Positions 16,607-25,348 of a stretch of DNA of 46,426 nt are shown here, in pieces. This DNA comes from a virus. Taxonomy: Duplodnaviria; Caudoviricetes. Below the pieces are notes generated by a model, which saw only the letters and a list, made by a program, of their open reading frames with translations, made no database searches and was not told the origin of the DNA. Both the position numbers and the translations under genes were made by a program. Position 1 is the stretch's first letter; the number at the start of each line of letters is the position of its first letter. The DNA is taken from positions 1 through 46,426 of IMG/VR virus record IMGVR_UViG_3300008085_000050; one strand, given 5' to 3'.

Positions 16607-18610
16607 ATGTTAAGTTTCACCATAAATAATATCCCTTTGGCCCTCTCCACCGAAACATCGGTGCGCATTACATGGACCAACCCGGCCTGCTACTTCGACA
16701 GCATCCCTGGCGACGTGGGAATGGGAATCGACATACCCGTGAACGAAATTAACCGCATGTTACTGGGCAATCCCGAGCGCTTCGAGAAATACGGTAGTAG
16801 TACTTCGCGCGAAATCCCCGGCTTCGAAATACGTTACGGCGGTTACCTGTTACTGGCCGGCACACTCATAATTCAAAGCGCAAGCCCAACTGCTTACAGC
16901 GGGTGGCTGCGCTCCAACGTGGGTAACCTGGGCAAAGAGCACCGCGAAAAATACATCTACGAAATACCAGCCTTTGATGTGCCTGTATCATTCGTAAACA
17001 AAGCCGACTACGACCCCGACACCGACCACTACGGATGCCCCACTTATTTCAACCCGGATTTTTTTAAAGACAAAGGCCGTAAAATTAAAGTTCCAACGCA
17101 GGTGCCAAACCCTGAATATTCAGAAGGCAACGGAGAACCTGCCTTTATACCCGACGAGATTGAAACTGAAGCATTAACCGAAGCATTTCGAAAATCTTCC
17201 CTTTACCGGGTTAACCCAACTTATCCCGGGGGAGATGCTGGGCCAAGCGGTGATATTAAAACAGAAGTTTCAACATCTGTAATCAGCACACTCGAAACAA
17301 ACCTGAATGTATATGTGGTTTCGCCAATGCTTTTTCTAAATTTTGTAATAAAAACACTTCTGGCTGATGCTAAATTTTATATCGCTCAGGATGCCATTGC
17401 CGCCAGCGACGATTTAAAACGACTTGTAATTTGGAATAATTTCGACATTACAAATATTGATTATACAATCGACACGCAAAATACACCTATTTTTACACAA
17501 GATTGGGCAAATCCCGGGACAGTACAAAGCAGATCATGGGTGATTAATTATATCGTTCGACATTACAACGGTATGTTCAAATACCGCGACCTACTGCCAA
17601 AAATAAAGCTCAAAGATTTTTTGCTGGGCATTCAAAACCTGCTCAACTTGTGCTTCCATTTTTTGCCCGATGGAAAGGTGAACATCATCGACCGCGAAAC
17701 CATCATCACAAGCGCACCCATCGACATTAACAGCTACATGGTGAACGAGTGGGAAATTGCGGAGAAAAAAGATGTTACCCTGAAATTCAAATTCACGCAC
17801 GACAACGACGACACCTATTTTGCCGAACGCTGGGAAGATGTTGACGACCGCCGCCCCGATGAAAAAGAACCCGTGGCAACGTGGGACGACATTATGGCCA
17901 TTCAAAACCCCGAAATTGGCGAAATGCGTTATATTAAATCGGAAAATATCTACGCGCAATATACCTGGCTGCAACAAAAGGAACAGGACGTTACAAGCGG
18001 TAATGAAATAATGACAGACGCGCTTGGATGGGAACATATTGCTTCGGGTTTTCAAAACGGTTTTTTCAATTCAAATAAAAACGAGGTGGAAGAAATTGAA
18101 ACCGTGTTTAGTACCATTACCGGAGATCAAACCGTAATGAGTTATCATGCAGGAAACATACAAAGTATGAAACTGGCCTACCAGAATTTTACCCCCCGCC
18201 TGTTTTTTTATAATGGTTGGAATACAGCGAAATTCCAAACCGACACGCTCGCATTGGATTGGGAAAAAGAAAACATCGGGCTTATTGCAAAACGCTGGCC
18301 ACGTTGGGCCCGGTTCTGGTGCCAGCGCCTGCCAGTTACGGGCGAAGCCGCCTTGCCGCTCAACATGCTCGATTACGTGGTGCGCAACATCACCAACAAA
18401 TTCAGGATGCGCTCCGGCGAGTTCATCATTGAAACCCTCGAAACAGAGTTCAGCCTAAACAGCATCGGAACAACAAAAATTACAGGCTACAAAAGCGACT
18501 ACGTGCCTAACTCTTACGACATAACACAGCACTGGTCGCCCGATAACCTGATTATGATGGATGAAATAATTGATTTTACAGAATTTGATAACTGGAATTT
18601 TAAGTTATGA
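16607..18610 (+). CDS. Putative tail tip / hub structural protein
   Basis: Probable ATG at 16607 (the upstream extension translates octamer repeats). 667 aa, in the tail module. Confidence 0.65.
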   Translation: MLSFTINNIPLALSTETSVRITWTNPACYFDSIPGDVGMGIDIPVNEINRMLLGNPERFEKYGSSTSREIPGFEIRYGGYLLLAGTLIIQSASPTAYSGWLRSNVGNLGKEHREKYIYEIPAFDVPVSFVNKADYDPDTDHYGCPTYFNPDFFKDKGRKIKVPTQVPNPEYSEGNGEPAFIPDEIETEALTEAFRKSSLYRVNPTYPGGDAGPSGDIKTEVSTSVISTLETNLNVYVVSPMLFLNFVIKTLLADAKFYIAQDAIAASDDLKRLVIWNNFDITNIDYTIDTQNTPIFTQDWANPGTVQSRSWVINYIVRHYNGMFKYRDLLPKIKLKDFLLGIQNLLNLCFHFLPDGKVNIIDRETIITSAPIDINSYMVNEWEIAEKKDVTLKFKFTHDNDDTYFAERWEDVDDRRPDEKEPVATWDDIMAIQNPEIGEMRYIKSENIYAQYTWLQQKEQDVTSGNEIMTDALGWEHIASGFQNGFFNSNKNEVEEIETVFSTITGDQTVMSYHAGNIQSMKLAYQNFTPRLFFYNGWNTAKFQTDTLALDWEKENIGLIAKRWPRWARFWCQRLPVTGEAALPLNMLDYVVRNITNKFRMRSGEFIIETLETEFSLNSIGTTKITGYKSDYVPNSYDITQHWSPDNLIMMDEIIDFTEFDNWNFKL

Positions 18611-19053
18611 AAACAATCTTAGACGGAACCAGTCGCCGCGTTGGCGCAATTTTTAACGAAATCGACACCAACTTCGTGGAAGTCTGCAACAGCATCCTCC
18701 GCATTGCCTTTCCCGACTACACGCTGAAAGGCTATGCCGAAACCGAACCCGCATCACCCGCACTGTTCGATTGCTACCTGGTAAAGGATGATGCAACAAT
18801 TTGGGAACTCGAGTGCGAAAAAAACAACATACTTGCCTGGGATGGTGCCGCATGGGAAATACTCCCCTGGAAAATAACCGAAATAAACGAAGCCCTCCAG
18901 TTTCTTTATTTCGATGCCAACAAAATTATGATTGAGACAATCTCAGGCATTACAGGCGCAAATGTGCAGGCCGCCCTCCATGAAATTGCCGCCGCCCTCG
19001 TTACCGCCGGGCTGCTTACACCAATCTCCGGAAGTGGAAGCGTAAGTGTATAA
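18607..19053 (+). CDS. Hypothetical structural protein
   Basis: 148 aa. ISGITGANVQAALHEIA resembles a tail-fibre repeat. Confidence 0.65.
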   Translation: MKTILDGTSRRVGAIFNEIDTNFVEVCNSILRIAFPDYTLKGYAETEPASPALFDCYLVKDDATIWELECEKNNILAWDGAAWEILPWKITEINEALQFLYFDANKIMIETISGITGANVQAALHEIAAALVTAGLLTPISGSGSVSV

Positions 19054-19155
19054 ACCAATGATAAATGATAAATTTAAAATGGTAAATGAATGGAATACAG
19101 GCAAAATCCGAACACCAATAATTTTTAATTTACAATTTTTAATTTTTAATTGAGT

Positions 19156-20883
19156 ATGCCAGAAAGACTACGCACAAAATCAGAACTAAAACGCCTCTTC
19201 ACAAACCTGCGTCGCAAAATGATTACCGACAACATGATGTCGATTCTTATCGACGTGTTGTGGCGCGACCGCGTACAAAGCGACTGGAACCAAACCGACC
19301 AGTACCGGGAAGATTTTATTGAAAATAAACCCACAATACCAACCGTACACCCACCGGTAACTATCGACCCCGATTCAGCAGGTGTTGCAAGCATCGACGA
19401 AAACCAGGTTCTTACAATCACCACATCTCAAAACAATACTGATTATGGAATACAGTCAGGTGGTGAACGTGTATGGATTCAGAATTATGATTATACCGTA
19501 CTTCCTGCAATTTATTATATCAACGGAGTGCTTTACAACTCGCCCCAAACAGACGTTACACTTGCAGCAGCCGATGCCACTAACGGCCGCATTGATTTGT
19601 TTGTGCTGAATACAGATAGCGAAGTGGTGGTAATAACAGGAACACCCTCCGAAAACCCATCTATTCCTTCACTTGATGCTGCGACACAACTCTCACTTGG
19701 GTTTGTTCTTGTAACAGCCAACACAACTCAACCTGCCGGTGTTACAGATGAATTGGTTTACAATGAAAACGTGGAATGGACAGCGAGTGCATATGGTGTA
19801 TTAGTTGACTTTGAATCAGCAACATTGCCGAAATACGGAATCGTATGCGCCGATGTTGACACAATTGGTAATGACGATTATTTATTATTTACTGCCGCAG
19901 CACCCGTAAATTTTGCAGACTACGAAAATATTATTTCATATATAAAATTTAAAGAATCCCTTTCCACGAAAGAATCAATATCAGTTCGGTTTTTATTGAA
20001 CGGTGTTGGTGTAAGTAACCAGTTTGAAATCCCGTTTGTAAAATCAAATCTTTCGTGGCAGGCAGGGGTTTTACCAATCAATATGTTCACGCTTTATGCT
20101 GAAACATTCGATGCTGTAAAATTTATATGGAAAACAAAAGGGTTAATACCCTCTTTCCATAATGGTTTTTATTTCGATTACGTGAAATTGCAGTTAGGTG
20201 TGGGGCTGACAATTTACAACGACACCATTGTTTTAACAGGCGATGTTGCCGGAACAGGGAAATTAGGACTGCCCGTACCAACTACTTTGGCAACGGTAAA
20301 TACTGATGTTGGAACGTTTGGCGATTCTACAAATGCTGTAACTGTTACAGTTGATGCAAAAGGAAGGATTACGGCGATTTCGGAAAGTGCTATTGCGGCA
20401 AACACTGACAAAGTAAAATATGATGCTTCCGACCCAACTGCCGGATACCTTGCTGCCAAAATCATTGCCGGAACGGGAATAGCGATTGAGGAAGGAACTG
20501 GGGATGATGAAAATAAGTTGGTTATTACAAATTCTGTAACACTTAATTCAAATTATCTAAAAGACTGGATAGAATTTGAATTTCGCGACATCACCGCCGG
20601 AACAGCAGCCGATTATGTTTTAGATTTGAAAGCACTGGTCGGATATACAATTGACAGCGCAGTGATGCAGGTTGACACCGGAACCCTAACAGTAGCCGTA
20701 AAAATAAACACAACAGCAGTTACCAGCCTTTCAGCAGTAGCCGCCGACACCACAATAACCCAAACCACCGCAACAGCCGCCAACAGCGTAACAGCAGGCG
20801 ATAAGGTGATACTTGCAGTTAGCACAGCCTACACCGGCGCACCTACATTGATGCGGGGAAAACTTAACTTAACACGCACGTAA
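19156..20883 (+). CDS. Putative tail fibre / receptor-binding protein
   Basis: QSDWNQTD..FIENKPTIP, RIDLFVL and VTVDAKGRITAIS fibre-type motifs. Thr/Ala-rich C-terminus. Confidence 0.7.
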   Translation: MPERLRTKSELKRLFTNLRRKMITDNMMSILIDVLWRDRVQSDWNQTDQYREDFIENKPTIPTVHPPVTIDPDSAGVASIDENQVLTITTSQNNTDYGIQSGGERVWIQNYDYTVLPAIYYINGVLYNSPQTDVTLAAADATNGRIDLFVLNTDSEVVVITGTPSENPSIPSLDAATQLSLGFVLVTANTTQPAGVTDELVYNENVEWTASAYGVLVDFESATLPKYGIVCADVDTIGNDDYLLFTAAAPVNFADYENIISYIKFKESLSTKESISVRFLLNGVGVSNQFEIPFVKSNLSWQAGVLPINMFTLYAETFDAVKFIWKTKGLIPSFHNGFYFDYVKLQLGVGLTIYNDTIVLTGDVAGTGKLGLPVPTTLATVNTDVGTFGDSTNAVTVTVDAKGRITAISESAIAANTDKVKYDASDPTAGYLAAKIIAGTGIAIEEGTGDDENKLVITNSVTLNSNYLKDWIEFEFRDITAGTAADYVLDLKALVGYTIDSAVMQVDTGTLTVAVKINTTAVTSLSAVAADTTITQTTATAANSVTAGDKVILAVSTAYTGAPTLMRGKLNLTRT

Positions 20884-22010
20884 TGGGACACAGAATTTTA
20901 TATATACCACGCCAATCAACCACGCCAATTAATTTAGAATTTATTACTGAATGGAATTTGCCGTCTGGAAATTTTACTTTTCCAACTGCTAATGAAGGAA
21001 CATTTGACGCTGTTATTGATTGGGGAGATGGTACAGCGACATCTGTAATAACAGCTTATAATGATGCCAATTTAATCCATAATTATACATCGTCTGGAAC
21101 TTATCAAATAATAATAACAGGTTCATTTCCAAGAATGTGGGTGAATAACAATGCAGATGTTAAAACAAAACTAACAAAAGTAATACAATGGGGCGATGTC
21201 GGATTCCTATCTTTTGCAGGTGCTTTTTATGGGTGTGTTAATCTAATTTCACTTCCAGACAGCAGTATTACGGGAGCGACAGGTGTAACGGTAAATGCAT
21301 TTTACCGAACATTTTACGGTTGCACAGGTTTAACATCTATCCCAACCGATTTGTTCAGGTATTGTACTTTAGTATCAACATCGGGATTTCTTGAAACATT
21401 TTTAGGTTGCACAAGTTTAACATCTATCCCCACTGATTTATTCAGATATAATACATTAGTTTCAACATCAGGGTTTTATGGGACTTTTTCCACGTGCACA
21501 AGTTTAACATCTATCCCCACTGATTTATTCAGATATAATACATTAGTTTCAACATCAGGTTTCGCTTACACTTTTAGAAACAATACAGGTTTAACATCTA
21601 TCCCAGCCGATTTATTTAGATATAATACATTAGTTTCTACGTCAGGGTTTACTTATACTTTTTACGGATGCTCTAATTTGGCTGCTGTACCAGCTAATTT
21701 ATTCAGATATAATACATTAGTTTCAACATCAGGTTTCGCTTACACTTTTACTGGCTGTGTAAAATTGCAATTAAATAGAAATATATTTTATGCTGATGGC
21801 GAACAAAGCACGAGATTTTTAAATCAATCCATAAGTTTTAATGCCTGTTTTTTAAGAAATTCATTTACAGGCATACAAGGTGAGGCACCTGATTTGTGGA
21901 ATTGTGATTTCGGAACCGGAACACCAATAACAACCAGGTGTTATGCAAATTCAGGTAACAGTCTAACCAGTTTAAGTAATTATGCTGATATACCGGCAGG
22001 GTGGAAATAA
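20883..22010 (+). CDS. PKD-like domain plus BspA-type leucine-rich-repeat protein
   Basis: IDWGDGT and HNYTSSGTYQI (PKD-like), then five or more 26-aa repeats of the form CTSLTSIPTDLFRYNTLVSTSGFxxTFxx. Confidence 0.8.
   Translation: MGHRILYIPRQSTTPINLEFITEWNLPSGNFTFPTANEGTFDAVIDWGDGTATSVITAYNDANLIHNYTSSGTYQIIITGSFPRMWVNNNADVKTKLTKVIQWGDVGFLSFAGAFYGCVNLISLPDSSITGATGVTVNAFYRTFYGCTGLTSIPTDLFRYCTLVSTSGFLETFLGCTSLTSIPTDLFRYNTLVSTSGFYGTFSTCTSLTSIPTDLFRYNTLVSTSGFAYTFRNNTGLTSIPADLFRYNTLVSTSGFTYTFYGCSNLAAVPANLFRYNTLVSTSGFAYTFTGCVKLQLNRNIFYADGEQSTRFLNQSISFNACFLRNSFTGIQGEAPDLWNCDFGTGTPITTRCYANSGNSLTSLSNYADIPAGWK
21319..21758 (+). repeat. 78-bp coding tandem repeats (LRR units)
   Basis: TTAACATCTATCCC...TTCAGATATAATACATTAGTTTCAACATCAGG recurs with a 78-bp period. 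Confidence 0.9.
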
Positions 22011-22056
22011 AACGCTATTTGAAGATATGAATTACAAACCCAATTAATAGTGAAAA

Positions 22057-22443
22057 GTGGACAGCATGAATGACATTGACAGTTTAAAAATGTGGCTTTG
22101 GGCGACAGTCGGGATTATGAGTATAATGACCGCAATATTAGGGTATTTCCTTTCAAACCGTGACGCTGAAATAAAGAAGCGTGATGAAACGGTTCAGAGG
22201 ATGCTTTCAAATATGTCGGAAGTCATTGAGCAGTTAAAAACAATTGTAAACGGTATTCAGATTAATCAAACGATCCGGCAACCGATACTTGAACAGCAGC
22301 TTGAACACCACAGGAAAAATATTGATGAAAATACAATGAAAATTGAAAAGATTGATTTGCGGTTGACAACAATCGAAACAGAGCATAAAAATGCTTATTG
22401 CAAATATCCGCAATATTCAACACGTAAAAAATCAGCAGAATGA
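22057..22443 (+). CDS. Putative holin-like membrane protein
   Basis: One N-terminal TM segment plus coiled coil, directly upstream of the endolysin. Confidence 0.55.
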   Translation: MDSMNDIDSLKMWLWATVGIMSIMTAILGYFLSNRDAEIKKRDETVQRMLSNMSEVIEQLKTIVNGIQINQTIRQPILEQQLEHHRKNIDENTMKIEKIDLRLTTIETEHKNAYCKYPQYSTRKKSAE

Positions 22444-22850
22444 GAACAATTAACGAAATTATTATCCATTGTGCCGCCACAAAACCATCAATGGATATTG
22501 GCGCCGAATGGATTCGCAGAATCCACGTTCAGCAAAACAAATGGAAGGACATTGGCTATCACTATGTAATCAGACGTAACGGAGCTGTTGAAGATGGCCG
22601 CCCCATTTCACAGACTGGCGCACATTGCAAAAACCATAACACCGGAACAATAGGAATCTGCATGGTAGGCGGAATATCCGAAACCGGACGGCCTGAGAAT
22701 AACTTTACCCCGGAACAATTCGAAGCGGTTCAGTCTCTAATTAATTCGCTTGTTGAAGTTTATCCTTCAATAACAAAACTATCGGGCCATAACGATTATG
22801 CAAATAAAGCGTGTCCCTGCTTTAATGTTAATGAAAAACTGAGGTTATGA
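22440..22850 (+). CDS. Endolysin, N-acetylmuramoyl-L-alanine amidase (T7-lysozyme / Amidase_2 type)
   Basis: IIIHCAAT, DIGYHYVI, GAHC, IGICMVGG, GHND..KACPCF. Confidence 0.92.
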   Translation: MRTINEIIIHCAATKPSMDIGAEWIRRIHVQQNKWKDIGYHYVIRRNGAVEDGRPISQTGAHCKNHNTGTIGICMVGGISETGRPENNFTPEQFEAVQSLINSLVEVYPSITKLSGHNDYANKACPCFNVNEKLRL

Positions 22851-23104
22851 AAACAAATGGATTTTTTGATAGCATTTCAGGAAATAAATCAAGTTCCCGA
22901 TTAATAGGAGCAAGTATTATTGCTTATGCTATGTTAATGTCAACTGGTATTTTGCTTTGTGTTTTTCTTTTAAAGGAACTTTCGTCAGGTGATATTATTG
23001 CAATAGTAGGTTCTTCCACAGGGTTTTTTACAACTGTATCAGGTGGAGCAATGATATTTTTATTCAATCAAAAGAAAACCGAAGTAAAACAAGAACAAGA
23101 ATAA
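22847..23104 (+). CDS. Putative holin (two TM segments)
   Basis: KSSSRL followed by two hydrophobic helices and a charged C-terminus. Coupled to the endolysin. Confidence 0.6.
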   Translation: MKTNGFFDSISGNKSSSRLIGASIIAYAMLMSTGILLCVFLLKELSSGDIIAIVGSSTGFFTTVSGGAMIFLFNQKKTEVKQEQE

Positions 23105-23293
23105 AACAGTTACGGGTGGCTGACCAATATACCCGGCGTTCTTTGCGAATTATTAATTTCTATATTAAAAATAATCGTCTAGAAAAGATTTGATTGGATT
23201 TATCTAAACTTGAATCAGACCAAGGCAGTTTTTAATATGGGTTTGCACGGAAGCGCAGGGGTTTGCGCTTCCAAACCAAAAAAAAACATTCTC

Positions 23294-23385
23294 ACCCCGG
23301 CCCTAAAGCCTGCCCGACTGTTAGGCGGGGGTGACTAACAAACATTATATGATCTACAATCAAAGCTCCCTTTAGGGCGGGGGGT
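23294..23385. repeat. REP/MITE-like palindromic element
   Basis: ACCCCGGCCCTAAAG...CTTTAGGGCGGGGGGT with a nested CCTGCCCGAC..AGGCGGG hairpin. A second full copy is at 30439-30539, and right halves are at 10666-10688 and 16523-16565. Confidence 0.8.
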
Positions 23386-23399
23386 AAAAAAGAACTACA

Positions 23400-23603
23400 A
23401 TGGAAACAATCAACATCAACAAAGCCTCTGCAGCCGATTTGCAGAAAATCACAGGCATCGGTCCCGTGCGGGCCACCAAAATGATCGAACACAGAAAAAA
23501 CAAAGCATTTCGTGACATCTACGAAGTTTCCAATGTTGCCGGCCTCGGCAAAAAACGAATGGATAAAATAATTCAGCAGGACATCTTAATCGAAATCAAA
23601 TGA
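23400..23603 (+). CDS. ComEA-like helix-hairpin-helix DNA-binding protein
   Basis: ININKASAADLQKITGIGPVRATKMIEHR and VAGLGKKR (two HhH motifs). Confidence 0.85.
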   Translation: METININKASAADLQKITGIGPVRATKMIEHRKNKAFRDIYEVSNVAGLGKKRMDKIIQQDILIEIK

Positions 23604-24001
23604 AAACAGTCATCTTATTTATCATTTTCCTGGCTTCAGGAATATGCTACGGCCAAATCACAAATACTGTTTTCGATTTAGACACTTCGACAAAAATCTA
23701 CATCGACCCATTGAATCATGGCAACGGCTTGTATGGAACTTTAATAACAGAAGTGGCAAAACGGAATGTGCATAAAACAGCATCAGGCCAGTATTATATT
23801 GAAGTTCCGCAACCTGTTGGGATCGACCCAAAACTTTCAACTGCGTCAAAACGATTTTATCTGGGCTGGCTCTACCAGGCAAAAGGGTATGAAAATAGGT
23901 CCGTATTTACAAATAGTACGAAATCATCATTTTGGTACTTTCAGCTTTCTACGAAAAATCAGCTTACAAAAATTTACCTGCCAAACTCTATTATGAAATG
24001 A
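23600..24001 (+). CDS. Hypothetical exported protein
   Basis: N-terminal signal-peptide-like MKTVILFIIFLASGICYG-Q. Confidence 0.7.
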   Translation: MKTVILFIIFLASGICYGQITNTVFDLDTSTKIYIDPLNHGNGLYGTLITEVAKRNVHKTASGQYYIEVPQPVGIDPKLSTASKRFYLGWLYQAKGYENRSVFTNSTKSSFWYFQLSTKNQLTKIYLPNSIMK

Positions 24002-24657
24002 AAAATCAAAAAGTACTTTGGATTCTATCGATCCTGTTCATTCTTGCAACGTTCATCCACATCGGGGTTGTTAACCGGAAAATTAAGCGATTAAACGAAA
24101 TTAACCAGATGCAGGCAATTCAATTGTCAACACTCAACGATTCTGTTTCGGTATATCAAAATAAAGCCGGAGAATTAACCTATAAGTTGAGTGTTGTTGA
24201 AGTAGATCATTCGAACCTCAAAGAATCACTCGCGATGGCCAATTTCGATATTAAAAAATTGCGCGAAAACGACATTAACTGGCGAAAAATAAACAACGCG
24301 CTTAAACTCGAGCTCGCAGCCGCGGGGCATGGCGAAACCGCCCTTACAGACAGTTTCTACCTGGTTAAAACAGATACAATTCAATACAGCGCCTTCACCT
24401 GGTCGAATAACTTTCTGAACCTGCAGGGGAGCGTACAGGATGAACGGTTGTTTTTCGATTATAAATACAAAACAGGCATTTCCATTTTTCAGGAGCAGAA
24501 ACGAAAAGAAACTGTGGTTTCTGTAATGCTCACCGACCCGAACGCTTCAATATCAACAGCCAACAGCATAACGGTGAAACATAAAAAACGCATTTGGGAG
24601 CGCGGGTGGCTGTGGGCTGTGGTTGGTTTTACCGGCGGAGTTATTGCAACCAGGTAA
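23998..24657 (+). CDS. Membrane-anchored coiled-coil protein, possible spanin-like lysis accessory
   Basis: ATG at 23998. N-terminal TM, coiled coil and C-terminal hydrophobic segment, in the lysis region. Confidence 0.55.
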   Translation: MKNQKVLWILSILFILATFIHIGVVNRKIKRLNEINQMQAIQLSTLNDSVSVYQNKAGELTYKLSVVEVDHSNLKESLAMANFDIKKLRENDINWRKINNALKLELAAAGHGETALTDSFYLVKTDTIQYSAFTWSNNFLNLQGSVQDERLFFDYKYKTGISIFQEQKRKETVVSVMLTDPNASISTANSITVKHKKRIWERGWLWAVVGFTGGVIATR

Positions 24658-24702
24658 CTTCTCTTTTACTGCCTACTCAAAACCTGCCGCTGCCTACTCA
24701 TT

Positions 24703-24740
24703 TCTGTCCTTTCCGTTAAACGCATTATAAAGTAAACTTG
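24703..24740 (+). promoter_or_regulatory. Putative late promoter 2 (upstream of the DGR target operon)
   Basis: TCTGTCCTTTCC-N18-TAAACTTG. Confidence 0.7.
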
Positions 24741-24783
24741 TACAGCATTTATAATTTCTAATTTTTAATTTATAATTGAAAAG

Positions 24784-25338
24784 ATGGCAACACAAAAATT
24801 CCTTTTTAAAAATACAGCAGGCGCCTGGGTGTTTGGCAATACAGTTAACAGCATTTGCCCTGCCGGAACTTACCGCCTCGATGCGGCCCCCGGAGGCACT
24901 GTTTCGGTAAGGCATATCTATAACAGAGACATAGCCGACCAATTTGGAACCACGCATTCCGATTTTAAAAAGGCCGATGGCAACGCTTATGCATCGCTGG
25001 CCGAATTTATTGCTGCTACGCTCGACTTTTTTGTCGAACCCGCAAGCATGGGCGGCCCCGGCAGCCAGGCAATGAGTGCCGGAAGGCTTGGCACACATGG
25101 CGAAATCACCAGCCTTGCCGAAGCTTTTTCGCTGGGCTCAGGTAAATACTTCTCGGTATGTGTTGTGCCAAAAGTTGCAAGCACCGAAAGCATACTTGTG
25201 GCTGAAATTAAATTATACTTCGACACCGAAGCATCTAATTTCCCGCTGCCAATCAACGACTGGACACCGGGAATCATCTCCGAAATACCCGCTACCGCAA
25301 TCGATACAACCAACTACTATATTTTCTGGGCTTATTAA
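24784..25338 (+). CDS. Hypothetical structural protein
   Basis: 184-aa ORF after the late promoter motif, directly upstream of the DGR target. Confidence 0.7.
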   Translation: MATQKFLFKNTAGAWVFGNTVNSICPAGTYRLDAAPGGTVSVRHIYNRDIADQFGTTHSDFKKADGNAYASLAEFIAATLDFFVEPASMGGPGSQAMSAGRLGTHGEITSLAEAFSLGSGKYFSVCVVPKVASTESILVAEIKLYFDTEASNFPLPINDWTPGIISEIPATAIDTTNYYIFWAY

Positions 25339-25348
25339 ACTGGTTATT

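Noticed and set aside
21319-21758. 78-bp repeats as a CRISPR array or as a second DGR target
   Set aside because: The repeats are in-frame coding LRR units without unique spacers. They have no similarity to the TR, and the variable codons (GAA, GGG, TTA, AGA, CGA) are not the NNT/NNC products expected from AAY templates.
25076-25348. Upstream extension of the DGR target ORF to 25076
   Set aside because: It overlaps the 24784-25338 gene in another frame. The ATG at 25349, just after that stop, is the more plausible start.
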